Shown: piece after piece, positions 29,984-39,442 of the stretch
Layout: each line of letters opens with the position of its first letter
How positions within the stretch are numbered: the stretch's first letter is position 1
Origin: Bacteriovoracaceae bacterium
GTDB lineage: Bacteria > Bdellovibrionota > Bacteriovoracia > Bacteriovoracales > Bacteriovoracaceae
Reading direction: 5' to 3'
Length of the DNA stretch: 54,323 bases
Assembly: GCA_947461145.1 (NCBI GenBank)
Contig: CANHJD010000001.1
Span: 1 to 54,323, forward strand
Position numbers and translations under genes: made by a program
Notes under the pieces: generated by a model
What the model was told of the DNA's origin: nothing
Databases searched by the model: none
What the model saw: the letters and a program-made list of their open reading frames with translations, nothing else

Positions 29984-30614
29984 TTTTATCATATTTTTTT
30001 TAGCTTCATGCTCCACTATGAAAAGTGGACGTTACGTCTATGTTGAGACCCCATCCCACGTAAAAAAAATGGCCCGAACTTATGGTGTCACTATTGATGA
30101 ACTTAAAATGGCAAATCCTGATAAGTCTTTATCTGGAAGAGAGTGGCTTTTCATTCCTTCCAAGGTTGGTATTGCTTATTTCCTAAGAGATACTTACGTT
30201 ATTGAGGATTACTCGAGTCTAGGGAAGGGAAGATTTATTTGGCCTGTACCTCAATTCTATAAAGTTTCTTCTCAGTTTGGACAAAGAGGACGAAGGCATC
30301 ACGATGGAATAGACATTCCAGCACCTAGAGGTACTCCTATTGTTGCAGTTGATAGTGGAACAATTGTCTATTCCGATAATACTATAAGAGGTTATGGAAA
30401 CATGATAGTCGTTGCACACACTGACGATATTTTTACAGTTTATGCTCATAATAGGAAAAACAAGGTTGAAAAAGGTGATAGAGTTAAAAAAGGTCAGATG
30501 ATTGCGGAACTAGGCAATACTGGTCGCTCTACAGGTCCCCACCTTCACTTTGAAATAAGAGTAAAAAATAAAGTTAGAAATCCTGCTCGTTTTCTTTCAT
30601 CAAGAGAGAATTAA
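29964..30614 (+). CDS. LysM/M23 peptidase lipoprotein (NlpD-like)
   Basis: Lipobox LASC, LysM-like region, HDGIDI, YAH, TGPHLHFE. Confidence 0.9.
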   Translation: MQHLFLSFIIFFLASCSTMKSGRYVYVETPSHVKKMARTYGVTIDELKMANPDKSLSGREWLFIPSKVGIAYFLRDTYVIEDYSSLGKGRFIWPVPQFYKVSSQFGQRGRRHHDGIDIPAPRGTPIVAVDSGTIVYSDNTIRGYGNMIVVAHTDDIFTVYAHNRKNKVEKGDRVKKGQMIAELGNTGRSTGPHLHFEIRVKNKVRNPARFLSSREN

Positions 30615-31204
30615 TTCTTCTTCTTTTCATATTTCTCTAAAAGCTTCAAATACATAATTGCCGTATTCTTCGCATCTTCAAGCGCCGTGTGTGCAACGGC
30701 ACCCATTCCAAGATGGTTCATGAGATTCGTTCCAGAATCCATTCCCTGCGGAAGAAAGCCAAAATCAATTAAAGAATAGCCAACTCCTGAGAGATCAAGA
30801 TTTCTATGATGAAAGTATTTTCTCATGAAATCCCAGCCTAGATCCCTTGTCATAAAGGGAAGATCGATCGCCGTCATAGACTTTCCAAAAAGAACAATTT
30901 TTTGGGCACCAAAATATTCCCTCACTTCTGGACTTTGAAGGTATTTCTCTAGCCATTGCTTGAATTCTGTCATCGTGAGGCCATCGGAGTGAGCCTTACG
31001 TATAATTTTCTCATTATGTTCTCTAACCCAAGGGTCAAGAGAGTCTTTAAGGTCTTCAAAAGAAGGGCAATGAACGTATGTTGTTCTTGCAAGAGACTCT
31101 TCCAGACGACGAAATTGAGTATCAAATGGGATCATGGCAAATTCGATAATTTGACAATTTTCTGCAAGTCCAGTGGCTTCAAGATCGATGCTTAGGTATT
31201 TCAT
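30611..31204 (-). CDS. DEDDh 3'-5' exonuclease
   Basis: IDLEATGL, D.PF, HTALEDA. Confidence 0.88.
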   Translation of the reverse strand: MKYLSIDLEATGLAENCQIIEFAMIPFDTQFRRLEESLARTTYVHCPSFEDLKDSLDPWVREHNEKIIRKAHSDGLTMTEFKQWLEKYLQSPEVREYFGAQKIVLFGKSMTAIDLPFMTRDLGWDFMRKYFHHRNLDLSGVGYSLIDFGFLPQGMDSGTNLMNHLGMGAVAHTALEDAKNTAIMYLKLLEKYEKKKN

Positions 31205-31206
31205 TG

Positions 31207-31237
31207 TTCGCTCCTAGAGTAGTATTCTAGGAGCGAA
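31207..31237 (-). promoter_or_regulatory. 12-bp perfect hairpin covering the exonuclease RBS
   Basis: TTCGCTCCTAGA/TCTAGGAGCGAA; on the mRNA the AGGAG lies in the 3' arm just before ATG. Confidence 0.55.
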
Positions 31238-31257
31238 GATGAGTTTTGAGAATAGAA

Positions 31258-32148
31258 TTATTGAATAGTTGCAGTAATAGGGCAGTGATCAGAAACTGAT
31301 TCGTAACTTACGCCAAGATCTTTTAGAGCCGCCTGACGACAAGATACTTTTTTACAATGAGCATGTGCTTGGGCTTGGTTTGTTGTTTTTCTAAGGCCAG
31401 GAGTGACAATCACGTGATCCAAAAGAGCTGGTTCTTCAAGCCCGTCTTCAGTACCACCCCACCAATAAGCTGAGCATCCTACATTTTGTGAAAGATCAAT
31501 CATTCCAAGCTCGCTTACAACTTTAGTCAGGCGAGTATAGTCTCCACCTCTATTAAGGTATTCAGTAGTATTCAGGTCACCGGCAACGTAGAAGTCAACA
31601 ATTCCTGTTTTAGACTTAAGCTCATTTATAATTTTCTTAATTATGAGATATTGCTTTGCTCTTTTGTCCATTGAGTCAGGAGCTGATCCAGATTTAAGGT
31701 GAGCAGTCATTCCATAAAATTTTTGTTTGGTTGCTTTGATTTCAAATAGTGCAATGGCAAGAGGGCGAGAGCCACTGTCGCAACCACCGGCCTGACCTGG
31801 CTCAGAAATAGAAAGATCTTCGTTGAAGCTTAGTAGGTTTACAGTTTGCGTGTTGTAAATAAAGCCTAAGTGCTGACCATGGGCTCCGCCACATTCTGAA
31901 ATAGCGGCTTTATGGCCAGGCATTTTTGTTGTGATGAAAGTATTAAATTCTGCAGTGTTAACGATCTCTTCAACACTAAGCACGTCTGTTTTTAAATTTT
32001 TAAGCATGCTAGAAAGTTCAACCTTATCGGTTCTGATGCGATAACGTTCATCGTAGTCAAAATTTCTAATGTTGTAGGCACCAATCGTAATTGAGGCCTG
32101 TACTGAAAGTGAGCTGAGGAGTGCTAGAAGCATTAGACTAAGTTTCAT
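31258..32148 (-). CDS. Secreted endonuclease/exonuclease/phosphatase (EEP) family protein
   Basis: YNIRNF, EEI, HLKS, GDLN, LDH, SDHCP; signal peptide. Confidence 0.9.
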   Translation of the reverse strand: MKLSLMLLALLSSLSVQASITIGAYNIRNFDYDERYRIRTDKVELSSMLKNLKTDVLSVEEIVNTAEFNTFITTKMPGHKAAISECGGAHGQHLGFIYNTQTVNLLSFNEDLSISEPGQAGGCDSGSRPLAIALFEIKATKQKFYGMTAHLKSGSAPDSMDKRAKQYLIIKKIINELKSKTGIVDFYVAGDLNTTEYLNRGGDYTRLTKVVSELGMIDLSQNVGCSAYWWGGTEDGLEEPALLDHVIVTPGLRKTTNQAQAHAHCKKVSCRQAALKDLGVSYESVSDHCPITATIQ

Positions 32149-32392
32149 GCGATTCTTTCCTTGCCGATATATAAGTTAAAGTAACAATTTATATTAGATA
32201 ACCTTATGTGTTTAGCCTGTGCACGATACTCAAAGCTGACCAGTTTTGACAAGCGAAAGTTCTGAAATAATTACATATATGTAAATACTTCTGAACTTTC
32301 CTAGGCGTTAAACTTTTTTTGGTGATAGCTTTGACTTTGCATGTCAGAAGTGGTCTAAGGCTGCTGTCCGAGTCCAAATAAAGGGAGCAAAC

Positions 32393-33136
32393 ATGATTTC
32401 AAGCAGCATAAAGCTTTTGGCGATTGTGGGTTTACTTGGTGTTGGCCAGTCATATGGCCAGGACAGGGATTACCTTACGGTCAAATCAGTTAAAGTTACC
32501 AAAATTAAGCAAGACATCATTAACCAAAGAATTTCAGAGGTCGTCTTTGAAAAAGACTTGGGGCAAGATAGACTACTTGATTTACCGGGTATGCCGGATA
32601 AATCTGGGCATGTTTCCACGGAAGAGGTAGGCAAGGTCATTAGTGTCACTAGGGAGCTTGTGGCCCTTGGTGAAGATATTTATCGCTTGGTTCAAAAAGG
32701 TAAGCCGGTTAATACCACTACTTACGCCCCAATAAGTGTTTTGCCTAAAGTAAATGGTCAAGCTGTAGATATTTTTGAGACCGAAGGATGGCGGTTGCCC
32801 TCAAAAGCCACATATGAAATTACTTATAAAAATGTCTACGGAATGGAAGTTGTTAAGTATAGATACAGTATTATTTTCACTTATGGTGGAACTTATCAAG
32901 GTAAAGGCGCTTACCTAACTGCCGCTCAGATTGTCCCAGATTCTGTTGAGACACTTTGGGGTTACACTTTTACAGCATCGATGAGTTTAGGTGGTATTCA
33001 AAATCACGGAACAAAAGAAAATCCAGTTGCTGGAGCAGTTTTGGCCATGCAGTATTCTGTTGAAACGGTCGTAAAGGCAAGTTTAACCACAGACATGTAT
33101 CACATTACTGGCAAGGGTGGATTCAATTCTCTTTAG
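32393..33136 (+). CDS. Secreted hypothetical protein
   Basis: GGGAG RBS, signal peptide, beta-rich C-terminal region. Confidence 0.8.
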   Translation: MISSSIKLLAIVGLLGVGQSYGQDRDYLTVKSVKVTKIKQDIINQRISEVVFEKDLGQDRLLDLPGMPDKSGHVSTEEVGKVISVTRELVALGEDIYRLVQKGKPVNTTTYAPISVLPKVNGQAVDIFETEGWRLPSKATYEITYKNVYGMEVVKYRYSIIFTYGGTYQGKGAYLTAAQIVPDSVETLWGYTFTASMSLGGIQNHGTKENPVAGAVLAMQYSVETVVKASLTTDMYHITGKGGFNSL

Positions 33137-33378
33137 AGATAATTGATGATTATTTTTTTATCATTTTGACGCTGGAAGAACTCTTCCAGCGTCATTTCAC
33201 AAGTCAGCCAATCATTTTGAATCGTACACTTCCTGCAGACACCTTTCCCATCGCAGGACGAGGCAATAGTTATGCCCTTACTTCTTAAAAATATGAGTAG
33301 GTTTTGCTCAAGATCACGATCCTCAAAATTGATAAATAGTGACTGTCCAGAAGCCAGCCCCTTAATCTCTATTTGCAT
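33133..33378 (-). CDS. Small 2Fe-2S ferredoxin-like protein
   Basis: CDGKGVCRKC...LTC. Confidence 0.8.
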   Translation of the reverse strand: MQIEIKGLASGQSLFINFEDRDLEQNLLIFLRSKGITIASSCDGKGVCRKCTIQNDWLTCEMTLEEFFQRQNDKKIIINYL

Positions 33379-34628
33379 GAAAATGATCCTGGATTTCTGT
33401 CATCGATAATAAATCGATTAGTTCCTTGGATTGATGTGAAGGCCCAAACGTTGCCAAGTTTTTCAGCATTATAAATGGGAAGAGTCAGTTTCAATAAATT
33501 TTCAATCTGTTCTGGTGGACTTCGATTGGACTCTATTACTAGCCTGACCGGATCAGATAAGAACAGATGTCGGGAATGTCGAATCAAGGTGTCTACTTCT
33601 TGAGTCGATTGTGCCCTTGCTAATCCGTAACGGACAAGATGGAATAAATGTTGACCAGGATCTCGACTCAAATTAGAAAATGTCCAGATGAGATTTGGTT
33701 TGTTTTCGATAATACACACAGCAGAGCTACGAACCTTAGATTCACCATCAAATAGTGGAAAATCATTAATTGGTTTTATTGCCTCCAGTTTTTGAGAGCT
33801 AGATGCCATAAAAGCATCAGTAGGTGTCGCAAGTCCAAATAAATTAGATGCAGGTACCATTTTGTCTATTAGGAAAATAGAGTTGCTGTAAAGATTGAAA
33901 TCGTAATTACATTTTCCAGTTTGCCCTGATTCCGTTGTGAAGGAGTTGAGAGATGTATTCACAATAATTTTTTGGTCTTTACTAAATTGGCGATAGTGTT
34001 GAATAACTCTTAGGAAATTGAGCTTGGGGAGGCGTTCATTTTCCTTTAGAACTTCAGTCCCTCTAATAAAATAAGGGCCAAGTGTAGGATCTTCCTTAAT
34101 TTTCTCCTTATTTGCACTGAGAAAACTCTCAAAATTCCCTTCTACCTTGTGTTTTTGAGTAAATTGTTTGTCGATCAAAGAAGCATAGTATTCAAGAGAT
34201 TTGTTCTTATTAAATTTTTTTAGAATCAGTTCAATCCCAAATAAGGTTGGAAATTGATTCTGAATTTGCTCTGAGAAAAAATCAAAATAGTGGTTCTCAC
34301 CTCTAAGCTGGAAAACGACTTGATAGCGTGAGCTTGGTGAGGATTGATCTGGTCTTATAGCAAATTGGAGCAAGCTCCATATCGCAAAGTGATCAAAAAA
34401 ATCGAGCTGAGGATTTTTAGAAAAAAAATCCTGATAGATACTCTGAGAAAATGAATTGTTATTAATGAGTTGAATCTTGGGGCGAGAATTCATTGAGCAA
34501 TAAGTTGCTACTTCTGGAAGGTTTTTTTTGTAGGCTTCTTTTTTAACCAATTCTGTATCAAGCTTCTTAATAAAAAAGGAGCAGCTCGTTAGTGCCAGTA
34601 GAAAGCAAAAATTAAACATCTTCATCAT
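33369..34628 (-). CDS. Hypothetical lipoprotein
   Basis: Lipobox LTSC; 419-aa ORF overlapping both neighbours. Confidence 0.8.
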   Translation of the reverse strand: MMKMFNFCFLLALTSCSFFIKKLDTELVKKEAYKKNLPEVATYCSMNSRPKIQLINNNSFSQSIYQDFFSKNPQLDFFDHFAIWSLLQFAIRPDQSSPSSRYQVVFQLRGENHYFDFFSEQIQNQFPTLFGIELILKKFNKNKSLEYYASLIDKQFTQKHKVEGNFESFLSANKEKIKEDPTLGPYFIRGTEVLKENERLPKLNFLRVIQHYRQFSKDQKIIVNTSLNSFTTESGQTGKCNYDFNLYSNSIFLIDKMVPASNLFGLATPTDAFMASSSQKLEAIKPINDFPLFDGESKVRSSAVCIIENKPNLIWTFSNLSRDPGQHLFHLVRYGLARAQSTQEVDTLIRHSRHLFLSDPVRLVIESNRSPPEQIENLLKLTLPIYNAEKLGNVWAFTSIQGTNRFIIDDRNPGSFSCK

Positions 34629-34935
34629 CTAGCTCAATTTCTGAAGAGGCATGCTTATCCATCAGTTTAAATTTTTCGTGCATATCGAGGTTTTCATCAA
34701 GCTTTCCCGCTTTTTTGGTCTTTGCATTCAAAATGGCGATGATGAAAATACCATTTTCACTAGACTCCGTTTTTAATTCAATAAGCTCAAAACCGCTTTG
34801 TAAGATTCCGGATATGATTTTATCAAATTCTTTTTCACGATAACCATTTTTTCGCATCGGAGGTGAGGGAATAAAATAAGTGAAAGTTCTAATTTCTTTC
34901 AATGTATGACTTGATTTAACGAGTCGGGTACTCAT
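34612..34935 (-). CDS. Hypothetical protein
   Basis: 107-aa ORF with GGAG RBS; overlaps the downstream gene. Confidence 0.7.
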   Translation of the reverse strand: MSTRLVKSSHTLKEIRTFTYFIPSPPMRKNGYREKEFDKIISGILQSGFELIELKTESSENGIFIIAILNAKTKKAGKLDENLDMHEKFKLMDKHASSEIELDDEDV

Positions 34936-35113
34936 GTCATTTGCTCCGGTACTCTATATGTTTCGATAGGTTAATATAGTAAATGCTACTATCCTCCGTA
35001 ACGATAAGGCAAATGGTTGAGTGACTTCTTTTTTTAGTTAAACAATAAACCTTGGAAAAGTTTGCCTCGTGATATTTTTCTTTGTTCAAAAAAAAGTTTG
35101 GGTATAATGAAAG

Positions 35114-35189
35114 TAAGATGTGACAGGATGTCACTCTCAAAGGCACGGATGCCGAAAAGAAGGGAGCCAAGCAGGGGCTCCCTTTTTTT
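35114..35189 (+). ncRNA. Candidate CsrA/RsmA-sequestering small RNA
   Basis: TATAAT 35103-35108; hairpins GTGACA-GGA-TGTCAC and GGCA-CGGA-TGCC; terminator AAGGGAGCC/GGCTCCCTT plus U tract. Confidence 0.65.
35160..35189 (+). terminator. Intrinsic terminator with no upstream + strand CDS
   Basis: AAGGGAGCC-AAGCAGG-GGCTCCCTTTTTTT. Confidence 0.85.
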
Positions 35190-35505
35190 ATGTTCTTTGA
35201 TCATCTTCTATTGAAAATTCAAATATTGCTTAAGATGTCGAGGTCTTGGATTAAAATCATCATCATTAATTTTCTTTTCTATTAGCACATCAATAATTGC
35301 CTCGTTAAATTGCCAAATTAAGAAAAAATTAATTGTTCATCAAAAAGATATTATCCGTTAATCACTTTAAATTCTTAGATTCAGAGTCTTCATGATTCTT
35401 TTGTTTGCGACCGATATTAGAATCACGCAAGTGAAATAAAAAAATTCACTGTGCCAATTTTCAGAATTTGATGTTGGCCTAGTCACTCAACATGGAGGAT
35501 CTGTT

Positions 35506-36342
35506 ATGAAAAAGTCGATCAGTAACATTTTTCTTAGTATTTCTGCATCTATGCTCCTTGCGAGCTGTAATCAGGGGGGAGGCGCTCCAATATCGGGAGG
35601 AGGTGTTAGAACGAGTTTAACAATGACTGGTTCAGGACTGGATGCGGTTGCTCAAAATAATTCACAAAGATTATTTTCTTTTTTCATCCCATCAGCTGTG
35701 GCGCTAACACCACCACTTCTTGTTGATTCAACAGGCCAGACAGTTAATTTAAATGAAGCTTGGGTTGTAATAAAAGAAATTGAATTTGAGGCAAATGAAG
35801 TTGCAGGTAATGAGGAGCAAGATGGTGATGAAGTAGAGTTTGAAGGGCCATATTTTGTTGATTTACTTTCAGACTCCCCAGTTTCATTCGGTGACGCTGT
35901 CATTCCGGCCAATGGAATTAGAAGAATTAAAATGAAACTCCATGAAGCTGAATCATTACCTTCCGGAGCCCCTTTAGATCTTGATAGCAAGAGTATTTAT
36001 TTTAGTGGAAGCGTTAACGGAGTAAATTTCAGCTATGCTGCAGATGATTCGACAGAGCTTGAAATTGGAGGCCCAAATCCTATTGTGCCAAGCTCTGCAA
36101 AAGATATGCTTGTAGTTATTAGAATGGCAGATCTTTTTAAGAAAATTAATTTATCAACTATCCTTTCCCCTACGGATATACATGCAGGTAACAGGGTCAA
36201 CGTTTCGGGTGCTTGTCCTCTAATTGATGCCTCTGCAAATGATCTTTATACATGTTTTAGAAAAGGTCTTTCTAGTGAGGGAGATTTTGGGAATGATGAC
36301 GGAGACAAAGACCTTGGTCCGGAGGATGAGACAGTAGACTAG
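35506..36342 (+). CDS. Lipoprotein (DUF4382-like beta-sandwich, tentative)
   Basis: Lipobox LASC; GGAGG RBS; GPY.VDLL; acidic tail. Confidence 0.8.
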   Translation: MKKSISNIFLSISASMLLASCNQGGGAPISGGGVRTSLTMTGSGLDAVAQNNSQRLFSFFIPSAVALTPPLLVDSTGQTVNLNEAWVVIKEIEFEANEVAGNEEQDGDEVEFEGPYFVDLLSDSPVSFGDAVIPANGIRRIKMKLHEAESLPSGAPLDLDSKSIYFSGSVNGVNFSYAADDSTELEIGGPNPIVPSSAKDMLVVIRMADLFKKINLSTILSPTDIHAGNRVNVSGACPLIDASANDLYTCFRKGLSSEGDFGNDDGDKDLGPEDETVD

Positions 36343-36355
36343 TCTAATTGACATT

Positions 36356-36383
36356 TGGAGCACCTTAATGGTGCTCCAGTTTT
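36356..36383 (+). terminator. Intrinsic terminator
   Basis: TGGAGCACC-TTAAT-GGTGCTCCA then T-rich. Confidence 0.75.
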
Positions 36384-36521
36384 GATTTTTTAGATGATTT
36401 GGGTTTTCTTTTCATAAAAGAAGTGGCCTATGACCGACTTTTTTTGTCGAGCGATCCGATTTTCAAGTATAGCAGTTCTGATAATTTTGTTAATTAGGCA
36501 ATATGACTTAGAATAAGGGAT

Positions 36522-37670
36522 ATGTTCTTAAAGCTCATCGTTGATCATAGGCCCGCAATTATTTACAGTTTGAATAGAGAAGAGATTTTCATTGGCTCGT
36601 CTCCTGCCTGTACCCTTACTATTCAATTCCCCAGCGTGAGTAAGAATCATCTTAAAATGATTATTAAAGATGAGAGTTGTTGGGTCTGCGATCTTGGAAG
36701 CACTAATGGCTCCTACATTAAGGATGAAAAATTAATTCCCGGCAACAAAACTAAAATTGACTTTGATGACTCTGTAAGACTGGGAGATAAGGTTTATTTG
36801 ACCTTACTGAAAGCGGCTACTGAAGCCGTTGAGTTACCAGATAAAACACAGACTACTCAGAATTCTTCACGCAATCTTGATCCCGATAAAACACAGATTG
36901 TGAGCCTTTCTGATTTGCAACAGGCAAAAATTCTTGCGGAAAAGAAAAGAAAAAAAGATCTGCATGAGAAGAAGGTGGAAGAGCTAAAAAGAAAAAAAGC
37001 AGAGACTCGTGGTACAAGTAGGGTCATTTTAATTTGCACCTTAATCCTTATGATTGGCTGGATTTCTAATAAAGTTTGGAAGTCGAGAAATAAGAAAATC
37101 CACAAAGAAACGATTATCAACCGGATGAAAACTAAGTTTAGTGGAGATCTAGAAATTGAAGCCGATATTGAGGGATTAAGAATTTCTCGCAAGGCTTTGG
37201 CCAGTAGGCGTGATCTGTCAAAGGGGCTCGTTTTCCCTAAATGTAATCAGCTTGAGACAAAAAATATTTGTCTGGACAAGAAGATCTATAGTTTCAGAGA
37301 TAATGGGGTTATATTTAAAAGCCCTGGTGTTTATAGTTTTTACATAGAGGAAAAAAATTGGCTTTCACTTACAAACTCTTTAATTAATGGTGAAGACCGG
37401 CCCCAAGAAATTTTCCGTCGAAAGTTTGCATTTTTAAATTTTTTTAAAGATTACATCGCTGATCAAGAGATTGCCCCTGGAGCAGAGATTTATTTTATCA
37501 TTTATAATTATGATGCCAATAATGTTTTAGGCATTAGTAATGTAGCTGCATTCAGCTCTGGAAGCATAGTCCACATGGCCCAAATGTTGGAGGATGAGAA
37601 ATTTCCCGGCCCCTTTGATAAAATTGAAACCGTTGTGGCCAAGTTTGAAAAATACTATACATTTTACTGA
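36522..37670 (+). CDS. FHA-domain single-pass membrane protein
   Basis: VSKNH, DLGSTNGS FHA motifs; basic coiled coil; one TM helix. Confidence 0.85.
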   Translation: MFLKLIVDHRPAIIYSLNREEIFIGSSPACTLTIQFPSVSKNHLKMIIKDESCWVCDLGSTNGSYIKDEKLIPGNKTKIDFDDSVRLGDKVYLTLLKAATEAVELPDKTQTTQNSSRNLDPDKTQIVSLSDLQQAKILAEKKRKKDLHEKKVEELKRKKAETRGTSRVILICTLILMIGWISNKVWKSRNKKIHKETIINRMKTKFSGDLEIEADIEGLRISRKALASRRDLSKGLVFPKCNQLETKNICLDKKIYSFRDNGVIFKSPGVYSFYIEEKNWLSLTNSLINGEDRPQEIFRRKFAFLNFFKDYIADQEIAPGAEIYFIIYNYDANNVLGISNVAAFSSGSIVHMAQMLEDEKFPGPFDKIETVVAKFEKYYTFY

Positions 37671-37768
37671 GCTTTGCACTAATGCGTCCCGCCATCAGAT
37701 TTTTCAGTCAAATTATAAAACGACTATTTTCTAGCTAATTCATGGCAGATTTCATTAAAATATTTCAA

Positions 37769-38980
37769 ATGAAAAACCAAACTCTACGTATTCTACTTGT
37801 TGAAAATATCCATCCTATAGCGAAAGAGAAACTCGAAGCAGAAGGCTATTTAGTTGATCTAATTTCACATGCTCCTAGTGAGGATGAGTTAATTAAGATT
37901 TTACCCAACTATGATGCCCTCGGTATTCGTTCAAAAACAGAGATTACTAAAAAGGTACTTGATTCAATTTCCAACATTACCACAATTGGTTGTTTCTGTA
38001 TTGGAACTAACCAGGTTGATCTTTCCTCCGCAAAAAGTCATGGGATCGTTGTTTTCAATGCTCCTCACTCCAACACTCGAAGTGTAGCAGAACTTGTAAT
38101 TGCTGAAATGATTGCTCTCTCCCGTCAACTTGGAGATAGAAACACTAAGGCCCATCAAGGTGAATGGATTAAATCGGCCGAAGGCTCTCGCGAAGTAAGA
38201 GGGAAAACCCTCGGGATCGTTGGTTATGGTCATATCGGCAGTCAAGTGAGTGTTCTAGCTGAATCTATGGGCCTCAAAGTGATATTTTTTGACACAATCA
38301 AGAAACTCCCACTTGGTAATGCCAGAGCAGCCTCGTCACTTGATGAGCTTCTTAAAGAATCTGATTTTATCACACTACATGTTCCAGAAATTCCTGAAAC
38401 AATGAATATGATGGGTGAGCGAGAGCTTGGACTTATGAAAAAGGGAAGTTATCTTATTAATGCCAGCCGTGGAACAGTTGTCGTTATTGATGCCCTGGCA
38501 TCCGCACTCAAGTCAAAACATATTGCTGGCTGTGCCGTTGATGTATTTCCAGTAGAGCCTGCATCAAATAAAGAAAAATTTGTATCCCCCCTCCAAGGAT
38601 TGGCCAATGTGATACTGACTCCCCATATTGGTGGCAGTACCGAAGAAGCTCAAAAGGCAATTGGAGCTGAGGTCGCAGAAAGCTTTAGAAGATTTTTAAA
38701 AATTGGCTCTACTTCTGGAGCTGTAAATTTTCCAAATGTAGATCTCCCTTTCAAAATTGGAACCTCGCGGATTTTGAATGTGCACAGAAATGAGCCAGGA
38801 GTTTTAGGTGAAATTAACGGAATTATTTCAAAGGCCGGTGCAAATATTGAAGGTCAGTATCTTTCAACTGATGATAAAATTGGCTACTTGGTGATGGACG
38901 TTCATTCTTCTCAAGTGGATCAACTTGCCAGTGAAATAAGCCTACTTAACCGTTCGATTCGGACGAGGGTTGTTTACTAA
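37769..38980 (+). CDS. serA: D-3-phosphoglycerate dehydrogenase
   Basis: GCFCIGTNQVD, GIVGYGHIG, INASRG, LTPHIGGSTEEAQ, C-terminal ACT domain. Confidence 0.96.
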   Translation: MKNQTLRILLVENIHPIAKEKLEAEGYLVDLISHAPSEDELIKILPNYDALGIRSKTEITKKVLDSISNITTIGCFCIGTNQVDLSSAKSHGIVVFNAPHSNTRSVAELVIAEMIALSRQLGDRNTKAHQGEWIKSAEGSREVRGKTLGIVGYGHIGSQVSVLAESMGLKVIFFDTIKKLPLGNARAASSLDELLKESDFITLHVPEIPETMNMMGERELGLMKKGSYLINASRGTVVVIDALASALKSKHIAGCAVDVFPVEPASNKEKFVSPLQGLANVILTPHIGGSTEEAQKAIGAEVAESFRRFLKIGSTSGAVNFPNVDLPFKIGTSRILNVHRNEPGVLGEINGIISKAGANIEGQYLSTDDKIGYLVMDVHSSQVDQLASEISLLNRSIRTRVVY

Positions 38981-39395
38981 TATAGTAAAGATAGGGAAGT
39001 GCCGTAACGAGAAGGATCGCCATAATAATTAGGAAATAAACCTTTTCTTTCCAAAAGCCCTCAAAGCTACTTACTAGAACTTGGGAGGGGTTTTCCTTAT
39101 TATAAAAAATGGTAAGACTACTTCCTAGTTTGTGGCAACCGTCCTTACAGCTATAGCTAAGCTCTTTTGAAAATTGAACTCCGCCAGATGAGTACTGAAT
39201 AACCGGGGTAAGGGTTTTCTCAATATAACTTCCACCCATTTTATAGAATTTTTGCTCAGGCCCCTTAGCAAAGTGATGAACTTTAGCTACCTGAGATTCA
39301 GAATTATAAATGAAAAGTATGTCCTGAAAAGAAAGGGCCAGTAACCCAATAACTAAAAAGTTTAGGTAAATGAGAGCAAATTTTTTGATTTCCAT
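38946..39395 (-). CDS. Two-TM membrane protein (DUF3592-like)
   Basis: TM - P.I.Y - G..I.YN.ENP - TM layout. Confidence 0.65.
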   Translation of the reverse strand: MEIKKFALIYLNFLVIGLLALSFQDILFIYNSESQVAKVHHFAKGPEQKFYKMGGSYIEKTLTPVIQYSSGGVQFSKELSYSCKDGCHKLGSSLTIFYNKENPSQVLVSSFEGFWKEKVYFLIIMAILLVTALPYLYYISKQPSSESNG

Positions 39396-39442
39396 AAAAT
39401 TCCTGTGCCAAATGGCTTTAGACCTTTTATCATGTTCTGACT

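Noticed and set aside
34937-35170. 77-aa minus-strand ORF
   Set aside because: No RBS or recognisable protein features; it is antisense to the promoter and hairpins better explained as an sRNA
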